A DNA stretch of 64,000 nucleotides from Eledone cirrhosa (Eukaryota). Below the pieces are notes generated by a model. The model did not search any database, was not told the origin of the DNA, and saw nothing but the letters and a program-made list of their open reading frames with translations. Position 1 is the first letter of the stretch; every line of letters begins with the position of its first letter. Shown piece after piece: positions 1-14,477 of the stretch. The stretch is taken from NCBI GenBank assembly GCA_964016885.1, contig OZ024741.1, positions 132,494,001 through 132,558,000 of the forward strand, written 5' to 3'. A program made the translations under genes and the position numbers.

Positions 1-352
1 GATATTTACAAACATACTAATCTGACGAAGCTTTAGAGAAACAGAAAGGATAAAAAAGACATCTTTCAAAAAGATGCTGTATTTGGGTTTTTCTCTAAAA
101 CTGTTGAGATAAAAAATATATAGAGAGAAATGGTTGAAACTGTCTGAGTTGTTCTTTCGCTTATTCATTCAGATATTTCTTCGGCATTCTTGCATTTTCT
201 AAATTCCAAAATTGTCATTTATAATTCTGTCACAAAACAGTTAATGTCTGTGCTTAAATGATCTATACCCTATATTTATTATTTTTTATTTATTTATTCA
301 TGTTTTATTTATCTATTTTCAAGCTAACTTGCAGCATCCTGTTATTTACATA

Positions 353-434
353 TATTGGGTCGTCAAGTATGAAATTTGTAGTGACGCATTAACAAAAAAA
401 AATTTCTACAACTTTCATACTTGACGACCCAGTA
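353..434. mobile_element. Mariner-type MITE (~80 bp)
   Basis: ~29 bp terminal inverted repeats TATTGGGTCGTCAAGTATGAAATTTGTAG / CTACAACTTTCATACTTGACGACCCAGTA, with TA at both ends. Confidence 0.7.
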
Positions 435-767
435 CAAATGTACACACATATGTCTATTCACAACTTTAAAAAAAAATCTCGACATGAAGATTGATAGACA
501 ATGTGTTTTGTTTTTTTATTTTCCTAATACGGTTAGAAAATATGTATGAGTGTTGATCGTAGATGATTATATACATTTATACATTTTACATATTTTATAC
601 TTAAGAATCATTATTCGTCTTTAGTAAGATAGTTGATAAAAAAAAAAACGTTAGGGTAGTTGGAATAACATTAAGTTTCGAAACTGAAATTTGTTTCGTT
701 TAGAAGAATAATGTAAAATGTTTTGCAGTGCATTTAAGGAAACCAGCAATATTTATTCGATGCCATT

Positions 768-1078
768 ATCCCGCCGAGGTTAACTTTGCCTTTCATCCTT
801 ACGGGGTCGATAAAATAAAGTACCAGTAATGCACTGAGTAATTGCTGGCCTTGTGCCAAAAAGTAGAAACAATTATTTCACTTATTCTAGTGCGTCGGAC
901 AATATGCTTTGAAGCATATAGTTACGTCCTTTTACGTTCTGAGTCCAATCCTGCCGAGGTTAGCTTTGGTTTTTCTTACGGGGTCGATAAAATAAAGTAC
1001 CAGTAATGCACTGGAGTTGATTTAATCGACTTTCCCCTCTCCAAAATTGTTGGCCTTGTTTCTAAATCAGAAACCATT
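768..1078 (+). mobile_element. Two tandem partial copies of a tRNA-derived SINE
   Basis: Shared core CCCGCCGAGGTTAACTTTGCCTTTCATCCTTACGGGGTCGATAAAATAAAGTACCAGTAATGCACTG; the same family recurs at 28306, 36086, 61251 and 62838. Confidence 0.8.
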
Positions 1079-1402
1079 AGTTCACTCATTATAATTCATC
1101 CATCCCTATAGAGGAAGGTTGAAGGGTATTGTCAAAGTCGAGGATGCCTGGGGGATGCCATTTACGTATATAGTTCAATAGATACGAGACATTTAAAAGA
1201 GTTGTACAGACAAGCAAAATTATCTCGAATTACAGATTTAGATATTCCATATATGAAAATGAATGCATAATGAGTTAACGTATACATAAAAATATGTAAC
1301 GCATGTATGTGTATACATACCATTATGAATATGTCATCTCTCTTTCTCTTTCCCCCCATCTCTCATTCTCTCTGTTTCTCCCTTCCCCATCTCTCTCTCC
1401 CT

Positions 1403-1478
<76 letters not shown>

Positions 1479-1528
1479 ATATCTATGAAACTAATAACAC
1501 TGCTTTTTTTCCATCTCTGTGTTTGCCT

Positions 1529-1612
<84 letters not shown>

Positions 1613-1759
1613 AATACCATACAAAAAATATACAAACACCCACATACTCATATATATATATATTTACATCTATTATGATTAAAAGTTTAACAAGGTTCAA
1701 TGAATTAATCAATGAATAAAGTTTTACAATAGATTAGAAGCACTCTACAGTGAGGTTTT

Positions 1760-4548
1760 CTGGAGTTATTAATATTACTTCAAAATATTAATAAATGTAG
1801 ACATTCATGTGATCAAATATATTTTATTATACATATTTCAGAGGTACTGAGCTATTTCAACAGTACGTCCTCATCAGATAAAATAAATTGATGTCTGATA
1901 TACCTTGACTGTGTTGATGGTTATAATTCAGTCATGGCAGTGATTAGTTATGACAAAACTCAATATTTATATACCTTAAGTTGAAACATGAAAAATTACA
2001 TACAATAGAGAGGGTACGTATGAAATTGTGTATAAAAATATATAATAATAAATAAATAATAATAAATATAATACATAAAACTACATAACTGTTAAAAATT
2101 TAAATAATAAAATATGTACTCCTCCGTATTGTAGAGCAAGCGAGAGAGCGAGAAAGCTAACCGGAGGAGAGAAAAAAAAAGAAAGAGATTTGATAGTAAA
2201 AACAAAGAAAGGGAGATATGTGAGATAGCGAGAGAGGTATTCAGAGGATAGAGAGAAGAAAAGGAAATAGGTTTAATAGTAAAAACAAAGAAAGGAAGAT
2301 GCGTGTGGTAATGTATAAATAACGTATAATTACATAGAGGGAAGAAGATCTAGGTATATGATGTGTGACCTTTTATTTTCAAATCTTAAGTTAATTAGAA
2401 ATAATCAATTAATTAAATAACTTGAAATTTTAGACTATAAAATTTGAAAGAATCTATATTATTGTATTATATCAAAGTTAAAGCAAATGTAACATGAAAG
2501 AGATAAATTAAAGTTTATCATAACTCCAAGGGTAATCAAGAGTATATTTAAAAGTATATTTAAATTAAAAAATATAGTCAATAATTTAGTTAGAAAGAAT
2601 TAAAATTAGAAAATGTTATTAACTAACCATAAAGCTTATAAATAAGATATTATTAAACCAGATTTATTTAGATATACGCATTTGTATAATTTATATATAA
2701 ACTATAAGGTTTAAGGTCAATTATATATAATATTAATTATTAGTTATAATTACAGTTAAGAATGTTATAAATTTGATTTAACTAGATTTCACTGTATACA
2801 AAATTATACATCAAGTTAAGTACAGATAATTAATCAATTTAGATCTAACGAAAACTTGTATACTATAAATGTAAAACCATATCCTTGTGAGACGTAAACA
2901 AACATTTAAAGTAATTAAACGGTTTACGAGTCTGAAGACATTACAGGTATCAAATATATAAGATACAAGATTTAAAAAACACAAAAACAAAATTAAATGT
3001 ATTTAAACAATCTAGAGATTAAACATACTCTATAAGAGAGCAGGTTAACAATTTCTGTGTTTAGGTAGAAATCCTCTATCTAATATTAATAATAGCATAA
3101 ATAATTACAAGAATTATTAATCTGAGACAATATCGTTTCTCGCTCGGAATTATTAATAAAAGTCTAAATCATTTCACGTTTAGTCAATGTTTTTTCCTGA
3201 TTTTATGTGATGCTTGGAATGTAGATGCAAATTTGTGCAGGCAATTTGAGACTAATTCACTATTTTTGTTAATTAAGTTACTATAATTAGCAATTATTAA
3301 TAGGGTCTCCATATTACAAAGATTGCAGTTAGGAAAAATGGAAGAATTTAAGTAGACTTGACTATTGCAAAGTTTGGACCAAAATATTGAGTATTTTAAA
3401 TGTTTGTCTTTTAACGACCATATAAGTTGTGATAAAGAAGTAGAGAATTTCTTATCCGGATTCGAAAAAGAGTGCTTATGATTAGAAAATCTTAAAGTTC
3501 GATGAAGTTGCACCTATATAGTTGTATATTGCTTTAACGGTACATTTATAAACTAAGTTCTTATCAAGGCAATTATTTTGCAAAGGGCAATTAGATCTAT
3601 TTCTACAGTTACATTTCGATTTTCTGTTATTACTATAATTTAAACTGTACGCGTTATCATTGCTAATACTTGCAGGTGTTCAATTGTAAGTGCTTAAATT
3701 AATGTTACTGTTATTCACAGTATCAATATTATTGCTAATGTTAATATTGTCATTATCACTAATTATTTGTTGGTTCTGACTAAGAATTCTACTATTTATT
3801 TTTGCAATGTTCTGGGCCATATTCATAGTTGTAGAATAAGATAGCTAAATTGTGTGTCTATTGAATATGGAATAGTACTTATGTGTTCTGGGAAAACTAA
3901 TGCCTTAAAAAATAATTGTGCTAGGGGTGTTTTAATAGCTAAAGACGCGGGTGCTGTGTACCAAATAACTGATTTGGTTCTGATTTTTTTTCCAAGATTT
4001 ATTCACGAAATTAGTATTTTTATTTATATTTAAATAATTTTTAGAGTCCGCTTTATTTATGTTATTCCTATTTTTACTTAATTTATAATTAGAATTAGTA
4101 TTATTTAGATATTTAATATTATTTTTATATCCTACCTTATGCAACGCTTCATTATAATATCCAGGTTTGTCATCAAAAATGGATTTGTTAGCAGATAATC
4201 TAGTTAAGCGTTGTTGAACACTATTGACTATTGCATTTTTAACAGATTTAGGGTGATGAGAATGATAGTTAACGTAATTTAGTTTTTCATTGGGCTTATG
4301 GAAGGGGTAATATAGTCCGGAATTTAAATTAAGGGTGACATCAAGGACATTTAGTGTTATTTTCTACTTCTAATTTCAGGTCATAATTTTTAAAGAATTC
4401 TATAATTGTTTTTTTAACCCTATTTAGTTCAGTATTGCTATGTTTAACTGCAGTAAATCATATATCATCCCTATATAAACCACCGGTAATCTCCGGCAAT
4501 TTTCTATTTACCATATTGAGGATAAAAATTCCCAGAAGATCGGTAATT

Positions 4549-4552
<4 letters not shown>
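1760..4552 (-). mobile_element. 5'-truncated, decayed Penelope-like (Naiad-type) retroelement with long AT-rich 3' region
   Basis: Minus-strand translation ITDLLGIFIL...GGLYRDD (~4455-4545), CNCRNRSNCPLQNNC zinc finger, NLVYKC GIY-YIG start, CNLCNME...CLHK C-terminus (ORF 3184-3513); truncated at (TA)n; hammerhead near the 3' end. Confidence 0.85.
1820..1885 (-). ncRNA. Type I hammerhead ribozyme motif
   Basis: Minus strand: TATTTTAT-CTGATGA-GGACGTACTG...CAGTACCTCT-GAAAT-ATGT-ATA-ATAAAATA; 8 bp stem I, AUA triplet; lies 3' of the minus-strand Penelope ORF. Confidence 0.85.
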
Positions 4553-4626
<74 letters not shown>

Positions 4627-4776
4627 ATTAAATATGCAGAAACCATTGAAGTATTGACGTTACACAGGAAACGATACGTGAAACGGGGTTTATAAATGCA
4701 CACACATACGCGCACGCCACACACACACACGCACACACACGCACACACACACACACATATGTATATATATATATAT

Positions 4777-4841
<65 letters not shown>

Positions 4842-4985
4842 AGGTCATTAGATGAGACTGATGACTTTGTAATATACAGACGAAATTTCAGAATTACGAG
4901 GTATAGACTTGACCTTTATAAAATTATTAAATATCCATTCTTGCGACAGTCACACACACTCTCTCTCTATTTCTATCTCTCTCTC

Positions 4986-5019
<34 letters not shown>

Positions 5020-5026
5020 GCTCTCG

Positions 5027-5058
<32 letters not shown>

Positions 5059-5175
5059 TTGTGTGTATATGTATGCAAGAGATGTCAATATGAATGGACC
5101 TGTTATTTTTATCTAAAGACATTTTTTCCAATTCCTTCCCGCCCGTCCCCTCAATCTGTCTTATTTCTCATTATT

Positions 5176-5211
5176 TCTTCTGATGAAGGACTAGCGTCCG
5201 AAACGTTAAGA
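5176..5211 (+). ncRNA. Minimal type I hammerhead ribozyme motif
   Basis: TCTT-CTGATGA-A-GGAC TAGC GTCC-GAAAC-GTT-AAGA; stem III can only form as a dimer via the palindrome AACGTT. Confidence 0.75.
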
Positions 5212-5567
5212 CCCTCTTCCTGCTATATCAGGCGTTAACCTAATATATCCCTTCCATATACTGTACAGATTGTGTTGTTATTTCTGTTTACCTTTTACAT
5301 ACATATATATATTATTATTACTACGGACCCAGTCACACCCACTTCTAGATACATATCGAGCTACCTGCCAGCGAAACAATTGTAACACGCAATAAATTAA
5401 GTCCAGGTGCATCACTGATTTTTCGTTTTCTTTATACAATCTACACTCTACTCTGCTGAATATCGAGTGCTAATTTTGGCATACCGCCTATGGAAGCACC
5501 ATAGCTACCATTATACACAACTATATACTACGCTCCTCCATAAGAAGAGCGCTTACAGTGATTCGCC

Positions 5568-8406
5568 ATGAACAAATTCAATTACTCTTCTTCCATGAAA
5601 GACATACCGATCCCATCTGATAACACGTACATGGGCCTGCTGATATACCACACCAACTCGTTCATCAGACGCATGAGGTGGCGCGCATTTCACCACGACA
5701 GGTGGACACAACAACACGCGCCAGACGCCCCTCAGGACCGCCTAAAGCGGATATTTAGATCGAGAAGACACCCACCACGTAATGCACAGCTGGAGGAATT
5801 TGAAAACCGTATAGTCAACATAGTTCGTAACATCAAGTTCCATAGGAATATTGCACGGTGGACAAAATATCTCAAAAGTCTCGGTTCCACCACCAAAAGC
5901 ATGGAAAAATGCCATGATTTACTCCTGCCCTCTGACAAAACTGGTAACGTATACATGCTCGACCGTTTTACATATAACGACTGCCTCGGGAAAGAGATTA
6001 GGAAAAACTATAGGACCACAGGACAGACAAATTTAGATAGTATTAATGCCACGACAAAAAGTATACTGACGGGGCTAGGACTAGATGATAGGACCGAGGT
6101 ATATGTACCTAGAAAACCACGGATATCTATTAAGGACCATAAATTAGACTTTAAAACTAAACTAGCGGTTAGGTTAATAGCACCCTCCAAATCCGACCTA
6201 GGCAGGACCAGCAAGAATATTATAGATAGGATACTAACGGTACTTAGAAACAAAACTAAGCTTAGCCTATGGACCTCCACTAAGGAAATAATTGACTGGT
6301 TCTCGTTAATAGGTTACAAACACCAAGTAAATTTTATTCAGTTAGACATAGATAGCTAATACGCGTCAGTATCTCTGATACTAGTCAATAAGGCCCTCAT
6401 AAGCGCCATGGCCAGATCTAGCCTCACTAGGGACGAGACCAACCTCATAGTAGCAGCCAGAAAGACGCTAATTAGATTCGAAGACAAGTTATGGGAGAGG
6501 AGGGACAGACCCGACAGTTTCGGTATCACCATGGGGTCAAGTGACTCGGCGCAGGTGACCGACCTTGTGGGGATATATCTCATCCATAGGCTGACGGAGG
6601 AGATCCCGGGGATCGGAGGTGGAATATACAGATACGACGCACTTTTCACCTTCCGTTCCCTTAACCCCAGTCAGATGGAGCGTATGAGAAAGCGCATATC
6701 GCATTTGTTTAAACAACACGGCTTATCCATGATAATAGACCCTACCACTAAGACGGTCAATTTCCTGGAAGTTACCTTGGAAGTGAATACGGGAATCCAA
6801 AGACCGTACCATAAGCCCAGCGAAAACCTGCAATATGTGAACAGGCAATCGAATCACCCTAAGTCAGCCATAGAAGCCATAGTTAAAGGGGTATCCAAAC
6901 GCGTATCCACCCTGTCGTCGAACGCAGAAGTGTTTAAACAGCACGCCAAATATTATAATGAGGCATTGCGCAGGGCCGGTTACAAAGACACCATACTATA
7001 TACCCCGGACAGAGTAGAGCCAAGTGATAAGGCGTGCAGAAATGCCAATAGCGGGGGCGCCTCCTTAGGTAGAAGAAATGACCCGGTAGCAGTATCCAGG
7101 AACACAAATAGCAACACAACTAGCATTAATGACACAGGACCGACCGGAGGTAGGACAAAGGCACCCATAGGAGCCAGACCACCCAGTACGCGGAGTCATG
7201 GGCCTGGCACGCGCACTGCATACTCCGCGGCAACTGAGACCAGGGACAGGACATCGACAAATAAGAACGGGGCACACGCCAGGGAGACGCCCAGCCTGGT
7301 TGTAGTGGTACAGCACCGACAACAGCATCACATAGACCTAAGGGGAATAGACGTATAGATGACTACATAGAACGACGTAACTTTATAACTGTAGAGCATA
7401 ACCCCGACGCCCATAGCGGGAAAATAGACAGAGACAACATACGGGATGTAATTGTGGTTGGGCCGAGCACGGGACGGACATCGAGTCCTGGACACACCAA
7501 CAAGAATCCACGCACGCGAAGGAACAGATCTAAGGCCGTTACTTGGTTCAATGCGCCTTACTCCAAACATGTACGCACCAACGTGCCAGGACTTTTTTCC
7601 GAGCGTTGGATGAGTGCTTTCCCCCGACAAACAAGTACCACAAAATCTTCAACCGCCACACGGTGAAATTTTCCTTCTCCACGGCACCTAATATGGCCGA
7701 CTACATGGCTAAAACTAACGCGGTGAAGATGGCGCACACTGGCCGTCAACCGCGGCGACAGAGTGACCGTCTTTCGGAGCGTCGAGAACCACCCAGGGAC
7801 CTGCCCCCAAATGACAACCCGGTCCCCGAGGCGACCAGAGCGCCCGCGGAGGGCGATGTGGTCCAGCACCGAGAGGGAAATAGTGGCATGGGGGAGATAA
7901 CAGTGTCGGCGGTACAACACCATGAGAACCTTGAGAGGGCCATAACAGATCGAGGCCCGGAGATCGGATGCATAAGAACTGACAGCAGAACTTGTAACTG
8001 TAGAGCGGGCACCCGGTGCCCCCTACAGAGAAAATGCTTGATGAAGGAGTTAATATACAAGTGTGTGGTTACAACCCAAAACGCGCATCGCACCTACATC
8101 GGCGCAACATCGACGACTTTTAAATCGCAGATGTATAATCACACGAATTCCTTCAGGGACCGTAGCAAAAGGTACTCCACTAGGTTAGCGGACCTGGTGA
8201 GGGATCTGAAAGACAAAGGTACTCCGTACGCCCATGAATGGAGTATCGTTCGCCACGCGAGGGCATATTCGACCGGAAGTAGAAAGTGCCGATTATATCT
8301 ACACGAGGCCATGGAGATAGTCAGACTGAGGGATGATGCCGTCAACCTGAAGTCTGAAATTATCATGACCTGCAGACACCAGAGAAGATGCACATTTGCA
8401 GCATAG
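5568..8406 (+). pseudogene. Penelope-like RT + GIY-YIG endonuclease polyprotein, disrupted
   Basis: PSDKTGN, FIQLDIDS* (stop at 6357), ITMGSSDSAQVTDLVG, YRYD (YRDD altered), VNFLEVTL, WFNAPYS, KIFNRHTVKFS, CNCR..CPL..C, IYKC..TYIG, CRH; one stop plus frameshifts near 7350-7550. Confidence 0.92.
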
Positions 8407-8984
8407 AATCCTCCGGGTGGCGCAGGCCGGGGGCATGGGAAGGGGTACGCACAGACCCGATTGGCCCAACGGGATTAGGGGACCTGACGCCATGCCCTGA
8501 TGACGGTGTGCGACCCGTGAGGCAAACATATGTAAACCAGGGGCGCACCTGACCGAGCACACAACATTGGAAGATACATCGCATGGGCCGGGACCGGCTA
8601 ACACGGGGCCCAGTGTCGCCCGGTCTGATACCACAAACATACAGAACAGCACACCCCAGCCACGATGCCATGCCCCATGGCGACCGGGCAGAGCGTCTCT
8701 TGAATGTGTACCCCGTCAATCGTGACTATATTCTCTCCACCTGTTCCACTTTGGAACAATGATTATTACTATCATTATTGTTATATTATTGTTCTGTTAC
8801 TGTTACCTGTTCTATACACGGACACAAGTTTGCACCTCATACTACCTGTGTGTAGTATATCACATGGATACACGCACCTTCGTCTGTAACGCCCCCGTTT
8901 TTTTTATTTTGCCCCTTTTTTCATGTACCTATTTATGAAGTTACATACAGATTTTAGTGTATCCTAAAATATTGTAAATTTATT

Positions 8985-9093
8985 TTTTTATTTTATTTTA
9001 TTTTATTTTATTTTATTTTATTTTATTTTATTTTATTTTATTTTATTTTATTTTATTTTATTTTATTTTATTTTATTTTATTTTATTTTATTA
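8985..9093. repeat. (TTTTA)n microsatellite inside the Penelope 3' region
   Basis: Direct reading. Confidence 0.95.
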
Positions 9094-9653
9094 TCCTATT
9101 GTGTTTATATTCACGTGTTTTTATGTGTGGAATTGTGCGTAGGTATATGTATGTGTGTGTGTATGTATATATATGTATATATATACGTGGGTGTGTACGG
9201 GGTGTGTATATGGGCATGGGTGCGTGTATGCATGAGCTTACGAGCGCGTGTATGTGCAGACACGTGCATGTATGTAAATATGTGGCAGAGTGTGTGTGTA
9301 TGTATGTATATATATATATGTGTCTATATATAAATATATATATGTATGTGTATGTATATATTTGTGCGTATGTACGTATAGCTACGTATGAGTAGGTGTG
9401 TGTATGTGGGTGCGTAAGTGTGTATATATATGTATATATGTGTGTGTGGGTGCGGGTGTATGCATATGTGGGCCTCTATAGGTGTGTATGTGTATTTGTG
9501 CATACATATATGTGTTTATGTGCATCTCACGGGAATGTGTACGGATGATTATATATGGAGTATATATGCATTTGATTACTATTATTCTTTTTATATTACG
9601 TTATCATATATCCTTTGTATATATCCGTATATGTATGTATGAATATGTGTACA

Positions 9654-9765
<112 letters not shown>

Positions 9766-10066
9766 TCATATTGTATAATATATTGATATTTTATACTTTA
9801 TATTTTATAGATTATGTTATGTTATTTTACCGTTATTTTATGGTATATTGTATTTTTTATTATATAATGTATTTTTAATTTACGGTTTTGTTTATATATG
9901 TATATGTGGAAGCACATGTGTGTGTAAGCAAATATGCATATGTGCAGGTGCCTGCATGTGGCAGCCCGTGTGCGTATGCATATGTAGATGTATATATGTC
10001 TGCATGTGTGTATGTATATGTATATGTGTGGGTGTGCGTATGCATGTAGTATTTTTTTGTATATAA

Positions 10067-10138
<72 letters not shown>

Positions 10139-10207
10139 TGTATGTATATGTGGGCATGTGTGAGAGTATATATATGTGTATATATGTATATATATATATA
10201 TATGTGT

Positions 10208-10283
<76 letters not shown>

Positions 10284-10870
10284 GTATGTATGTGTATGTA
10301 TGTGTGTATGTATATATGTGTGTGTGTATGAGTGTGTATATATATAAATGTATATAAGGTTGTGCGTATGAATGTGAACGCGCGTATGTGTGTATATATG
10401 TGTATGTTTGCGTAGGCCATGCTTGTCCGACCGGATATATGGCGCGACTTAAGCAGCCGTCATAAGGCTTGTGGCGATATGTATCTAGAAGTGGGTGTGA
10501 CTGGGTCCATGGAAGTGAGGGAGAGCGTGTGTGTGTATATATACATATATGTATGTATGTGGGGTTGTGTGTCTACGCATGTAGGCGTACGTATGTGTAT
10601 GCACGAATGTGTCTGTGTCTGCATGTGTGTGTGTGTATTCGTGTGTGTGGGTGCTTACTCTGGAGTGTGAACAGACGTGTGAGATACTGAACCCGGCATG
10701 ACTTCATTGAAGTGTGTCGGACGGAAAATGACTGATGACCCGTGTAGCAGTAAATACTGACCAGAACCTGTGATGACGTGGAGTAAAAACAGCCAATGGC
10801 ATGACAAGAGTGGAAGAGGGTTTTTTGATGATAACACACCAGTGATAAAATTTGCTCCGAACGAAATACC

Positions 10871-10961
10871 CGTGTCTGAAAGAACCTGCAGCCGTAGAAT
10901 CAGCCAGATCCATACAGGGACCATGTCTCGAGCTACCTGCCGGCGAAACAAATGTAACACG
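10871..10961 (+). ncRNA. Type I hammerhead motif with variant core CUGAAAGA and long stem II
   Basis: CGTGT-CTGAAAGA-ACCTGCAG...CTGCCGGC-GAAAC-AAAT-GTA-ACACG. Confidence 0.75.
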
Positions 10962-11006
10962 CAATAAATTAAGTCCAGATGCATCACTGATTTTTCGTTT
11001 TCTTTA

Positions 11007-11165
<159 letters not shown>

Positions 11166-11414
11166 TTCCGTTTTCCATCAGGGGTAACTACAGTTTGTAA
11201 GGTATTCAACATATCAGTAGAGTGTAAACAACAAGTTTGGCGAAAATTTCAAATACAGATATGGGATCATTAGATGAATATAAAAAACGTGTATGTTTAT
11301 CAATATTAAGTGTTATTAGCTATGAGAAATAAGAAGAAATAAAAAGAAAGAGGAGGGTGAGAAGAAATAGAAACGGAAAAATGTGGATGTGTGTGTGTGT
11401 TCCATCTCTCTCTC

Positions 11415-11603
11415 TCGAGGTAAAATTTCGTTATAACGAATACCATTATAACGAATGTTTCAGTATAACGAAATTTTTTTTAATCCCCGAGTTAATAACA
11501 AACAAACGCTTGATTTTTTTTGGTCGATCTCTTTATAAAGAATTTTTCGTTACAACTAATTTGTTTATACCCTGTGGATTTCGTTATAATGGAATTCCAC
11601 TAT
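11415..11603. mobile_element. Tc1/pogo (Tigger)-type MITE, degraded
   Basis: Repeated TATAACGAA motifs at the left end and inverted TTTCGTTA(T/C)AA at the right end, finishing GGAATTCCACTATA. Confidence 0.55.
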
Positions 11604-12189
11604 ATAGAGGAAATATTCACTCTAAAGTTTACACAAATAGCATTTCTAAATCATACATTAATATCACATCGTAAACACAGGCGCGTATGAACTAACTTCT
11701 CAAAATAATTATAAAATAACCCTAGAAAGTAAAGCAACTGTGTATGGACTCTCTCATTGGCCGTAGAATATTAGTTTTAGACCAAAGTAAAAAAAAATCA
11801 AGTGGTTACGTGGCGTTCACGATTATTTCTCAATGAAGTGAATTAGCTTCAAGTAAGAATAGAAATCGGTTCGCATACTTTTTCCCTACTAACTCATCAC
11901 TATCTGAAAAAAGCTAGGAAATCGGAAAGACGACGGCCCGCCTGATGGAGGAGCCCCATGAGGTGAAGTGGCTGTGGCATGTCGGTATCTCTGGCCATTA
12001 TCCGCGGTAACGCCTTTACCATTTTGTCCGCAGGGTGCGTCAGAGGCACCACTCCGACAGGGGTGTAGTGTTAGTCACTTCCACTACCCCTTTCTTTCGT
12101 ACCTTGAACCTTTTTCTTTTTCCTCTTTGCGTTTTCATATTGCTTCCTTTTTTGTTACCTTTAATAGTGTCATTGTTTCTATTAAATAC

Positions 12190-12298
12190 TGCTCAATCCA
12201 GAACTTGGCAACGGCAATGAACGACAGACCCTCGTGGAGATCAAATGTTGAGTCCATTTCGGCTGAGGCCGCCGGATGATGATGATGATGATGATGAT
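12190..12298 (+). mobile_element. LINE 3' tail remnant, probably RTE-type, with (GAT)n tail
   Basis: Translates as ...LATAMNDRPSWR... followed by a short GC-rich segment and (GAT)n. Confidence 0.5.
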
Positions 12299-12831
12299 TC
12301 CAAATTAGTTTATAAAATAGTTTATCAGTATTATCAAGAACAGAAAGATGAACGTCACTACTTGAAGATACATAGATGCATAACGACTATAAACGAAGCT
12401 ATCATATTTCCTTTTTATCTGTACCCCTCCATGTATTATTTTGTGAGTATTGTATTACATAGTGTACAGTGAAGGATGGGGAGGGAGCAGTAAAAGATAT
12501 GAGAAGCTAATGATCTAATGTCATAATATATTACAGACGGCAGAATATTTTTACAACTACAAAATATAATACAATGAAGGGAAATCCTGAAGAGAAGATG
12601 TATCAAGTAACCACATTCTTTAGAACGCATGCATGTTATATATATATATATATAAAGAACAAGAGCTCAACCGTCGGACCCTGACTGTCTACTATATACA
12701 TATATACATACATACACACACATATATATATATATATACATACATACATACACACACACACACATATATATATATATACATACAAATATACATATATATA
12801 TATATACATACATACATATATATATATATAT

Positions 12832-12899
<68 letters not shown>

Positions 12900-12970
12900 A
12901 ATGAAATTTCGTTTCATATATATATATATATACATATATAAGATCAAAAGATGGTTAAATGAGTTCCATG

Positions 12971-13041
12971 TATTTTATTATGCGCATTTCAAAAACAAAT
13001 ATCATCATGCAATAACATTTGTGTTTTCATCAGATAAAATA
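12971..13041 (-). ncRNA. Type I hammerhead ribozyme motif
   Basis: Minus strand: TATTTTAT-CTGATGA-AAACACAAATGTTATTG..TGATGATATTTGTTTTT-GAAAT-GCGC-ATA-ATAAAATA; palindromic ATGCGCAT stem III. Confidence 0.85.
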
Positions 13042-13094
13042 GGAGGACATGATATGAAGGTTAAAAAACACTTGTGGATAGTGCAGTTTTAAAT

Positions 13095-13164
<70 letters not shown>

Positions 13165-13242
13165 GAGACAGGTTGTATATACATATATACATACATATAT
13201 ATATACGTACATACATACATACATATATATATATATACATAC

Positions 13243-13307
<65 letters not shown>

Positions 13308-13548
13308 CAGATCAGAGCAAACATCACTGACGCTCTATCTCAAAATTATTTTTAAAAAGCATTAGAAATACGCAACCGGTAAAACTTAAAACCAAAACTT
13401 AATACTAACCAATACTATTACTAATTATCACTTATTCCTAATTAAAGTCTTTTTCACTGTGAACAATTTGTCAGCATTTTCTATTCCGTTTACCAATATA
13501 TCATAACTTGTGTGTTACACCTCTATTCTTTTAAATATATATATATAT

Positions 13549-14377
13549 ATATAACACCTGCAACCCTAATGGTATCCAATGATGTTGACTTGTTCTTCTT
13601 TTTGGTAAATATCATCTTGGTTAAGAGAATGGGACTGGCTTTGTGCAGTGCCTTTGCTCACTATAAAAGCTTCACGGCACAGGCATTGCTTTATATCTGG
13701 AGATCTCTGCACTTGTCGTCACATGGTACCATGGGCCCAGCACTATGTGTCAATAATTGTTACAAGTGTAGTGTTTGTACCAGAGTTTTCAAGTCGCTGG
13801 CTGGACTAAATAGTCACACTCGTTCAGCGCATCGGTAGGGGTTCTCCTGCATGGATATAAAGTAGTGGCCGTACTCGGAAACGAGTTGGCAGCCACCATA
13901 TATGTATATATGTATATATGTATCAAAGGGCAAATGAGCTCTTAAGAGTCAATGGCCATCCAAAATCACCGGGAGAGATGACCCCTTAGCCTTTGTCAAG
14001 GCAGAATTCTAGGAGAAGGAAAACTCTGATATAGCACATGCAACCCTGATGGTATCCAATGATGTTGACTTGTTCTTCTTTTTGGTAAATATCATCGTGG
14101 TTAAGAGAGTGGGACTGGCTTTGTGCAGTGCCTTTGCTCACTATAAAAGCTTCACGGCACACGCATTGCTTTATATCTGGAGATCTGCACTTGTCATCAC
14201 AGGGTACAATGGGCCCAGCACTATGTGTCAGTAATTGTCACAAGTGTAGTGTTTGTACCAGAGTTTTCAAGTCGCTGGCTGGACTAAAAAGTCACACTCG
14301 TTCAGCGCATCAGTAGGGGTTCTCCTACATGGATATAAAGTAGTGGCCGTACTCGAAAACGAGTTGGCAGCCACCAT
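13549..14377 (+). mobile_element. Two tandem 5'-truncated copies of a non-autonomous RTE-derived element (13549-13899, 13923-14377)
   Basis: Highly similar to copies at 43314, 44198 and 46814; residual CSVC..FKSLAGL.SH...H zinc-finger frame; 3' end GTACTCGAAAACGAGTTGGCAGCCACCAT followed by TATG-like repeats. Confidence 0.85.
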
Positions 14378-14386
14378 ATATGTATG

Positions 14387-14448
<62 letters not shown>

Positions 14449-14477
14449 TATGTATTATATATATATATATATATATA

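Noticed and set aside
20-105. CTGACGA followed by a long hairpin
   Set aside because: No GAAA box, stem III or stem I after the hairpin; at best a truncated hammerhead.
13512-13838. 108 aa ORF with a C2H2-like motif as a host zinc-finger gene
   Set aside because: It lies within a five-copy repeat, its frame is broken in other copies, and it matches RTE 3' end remnants.
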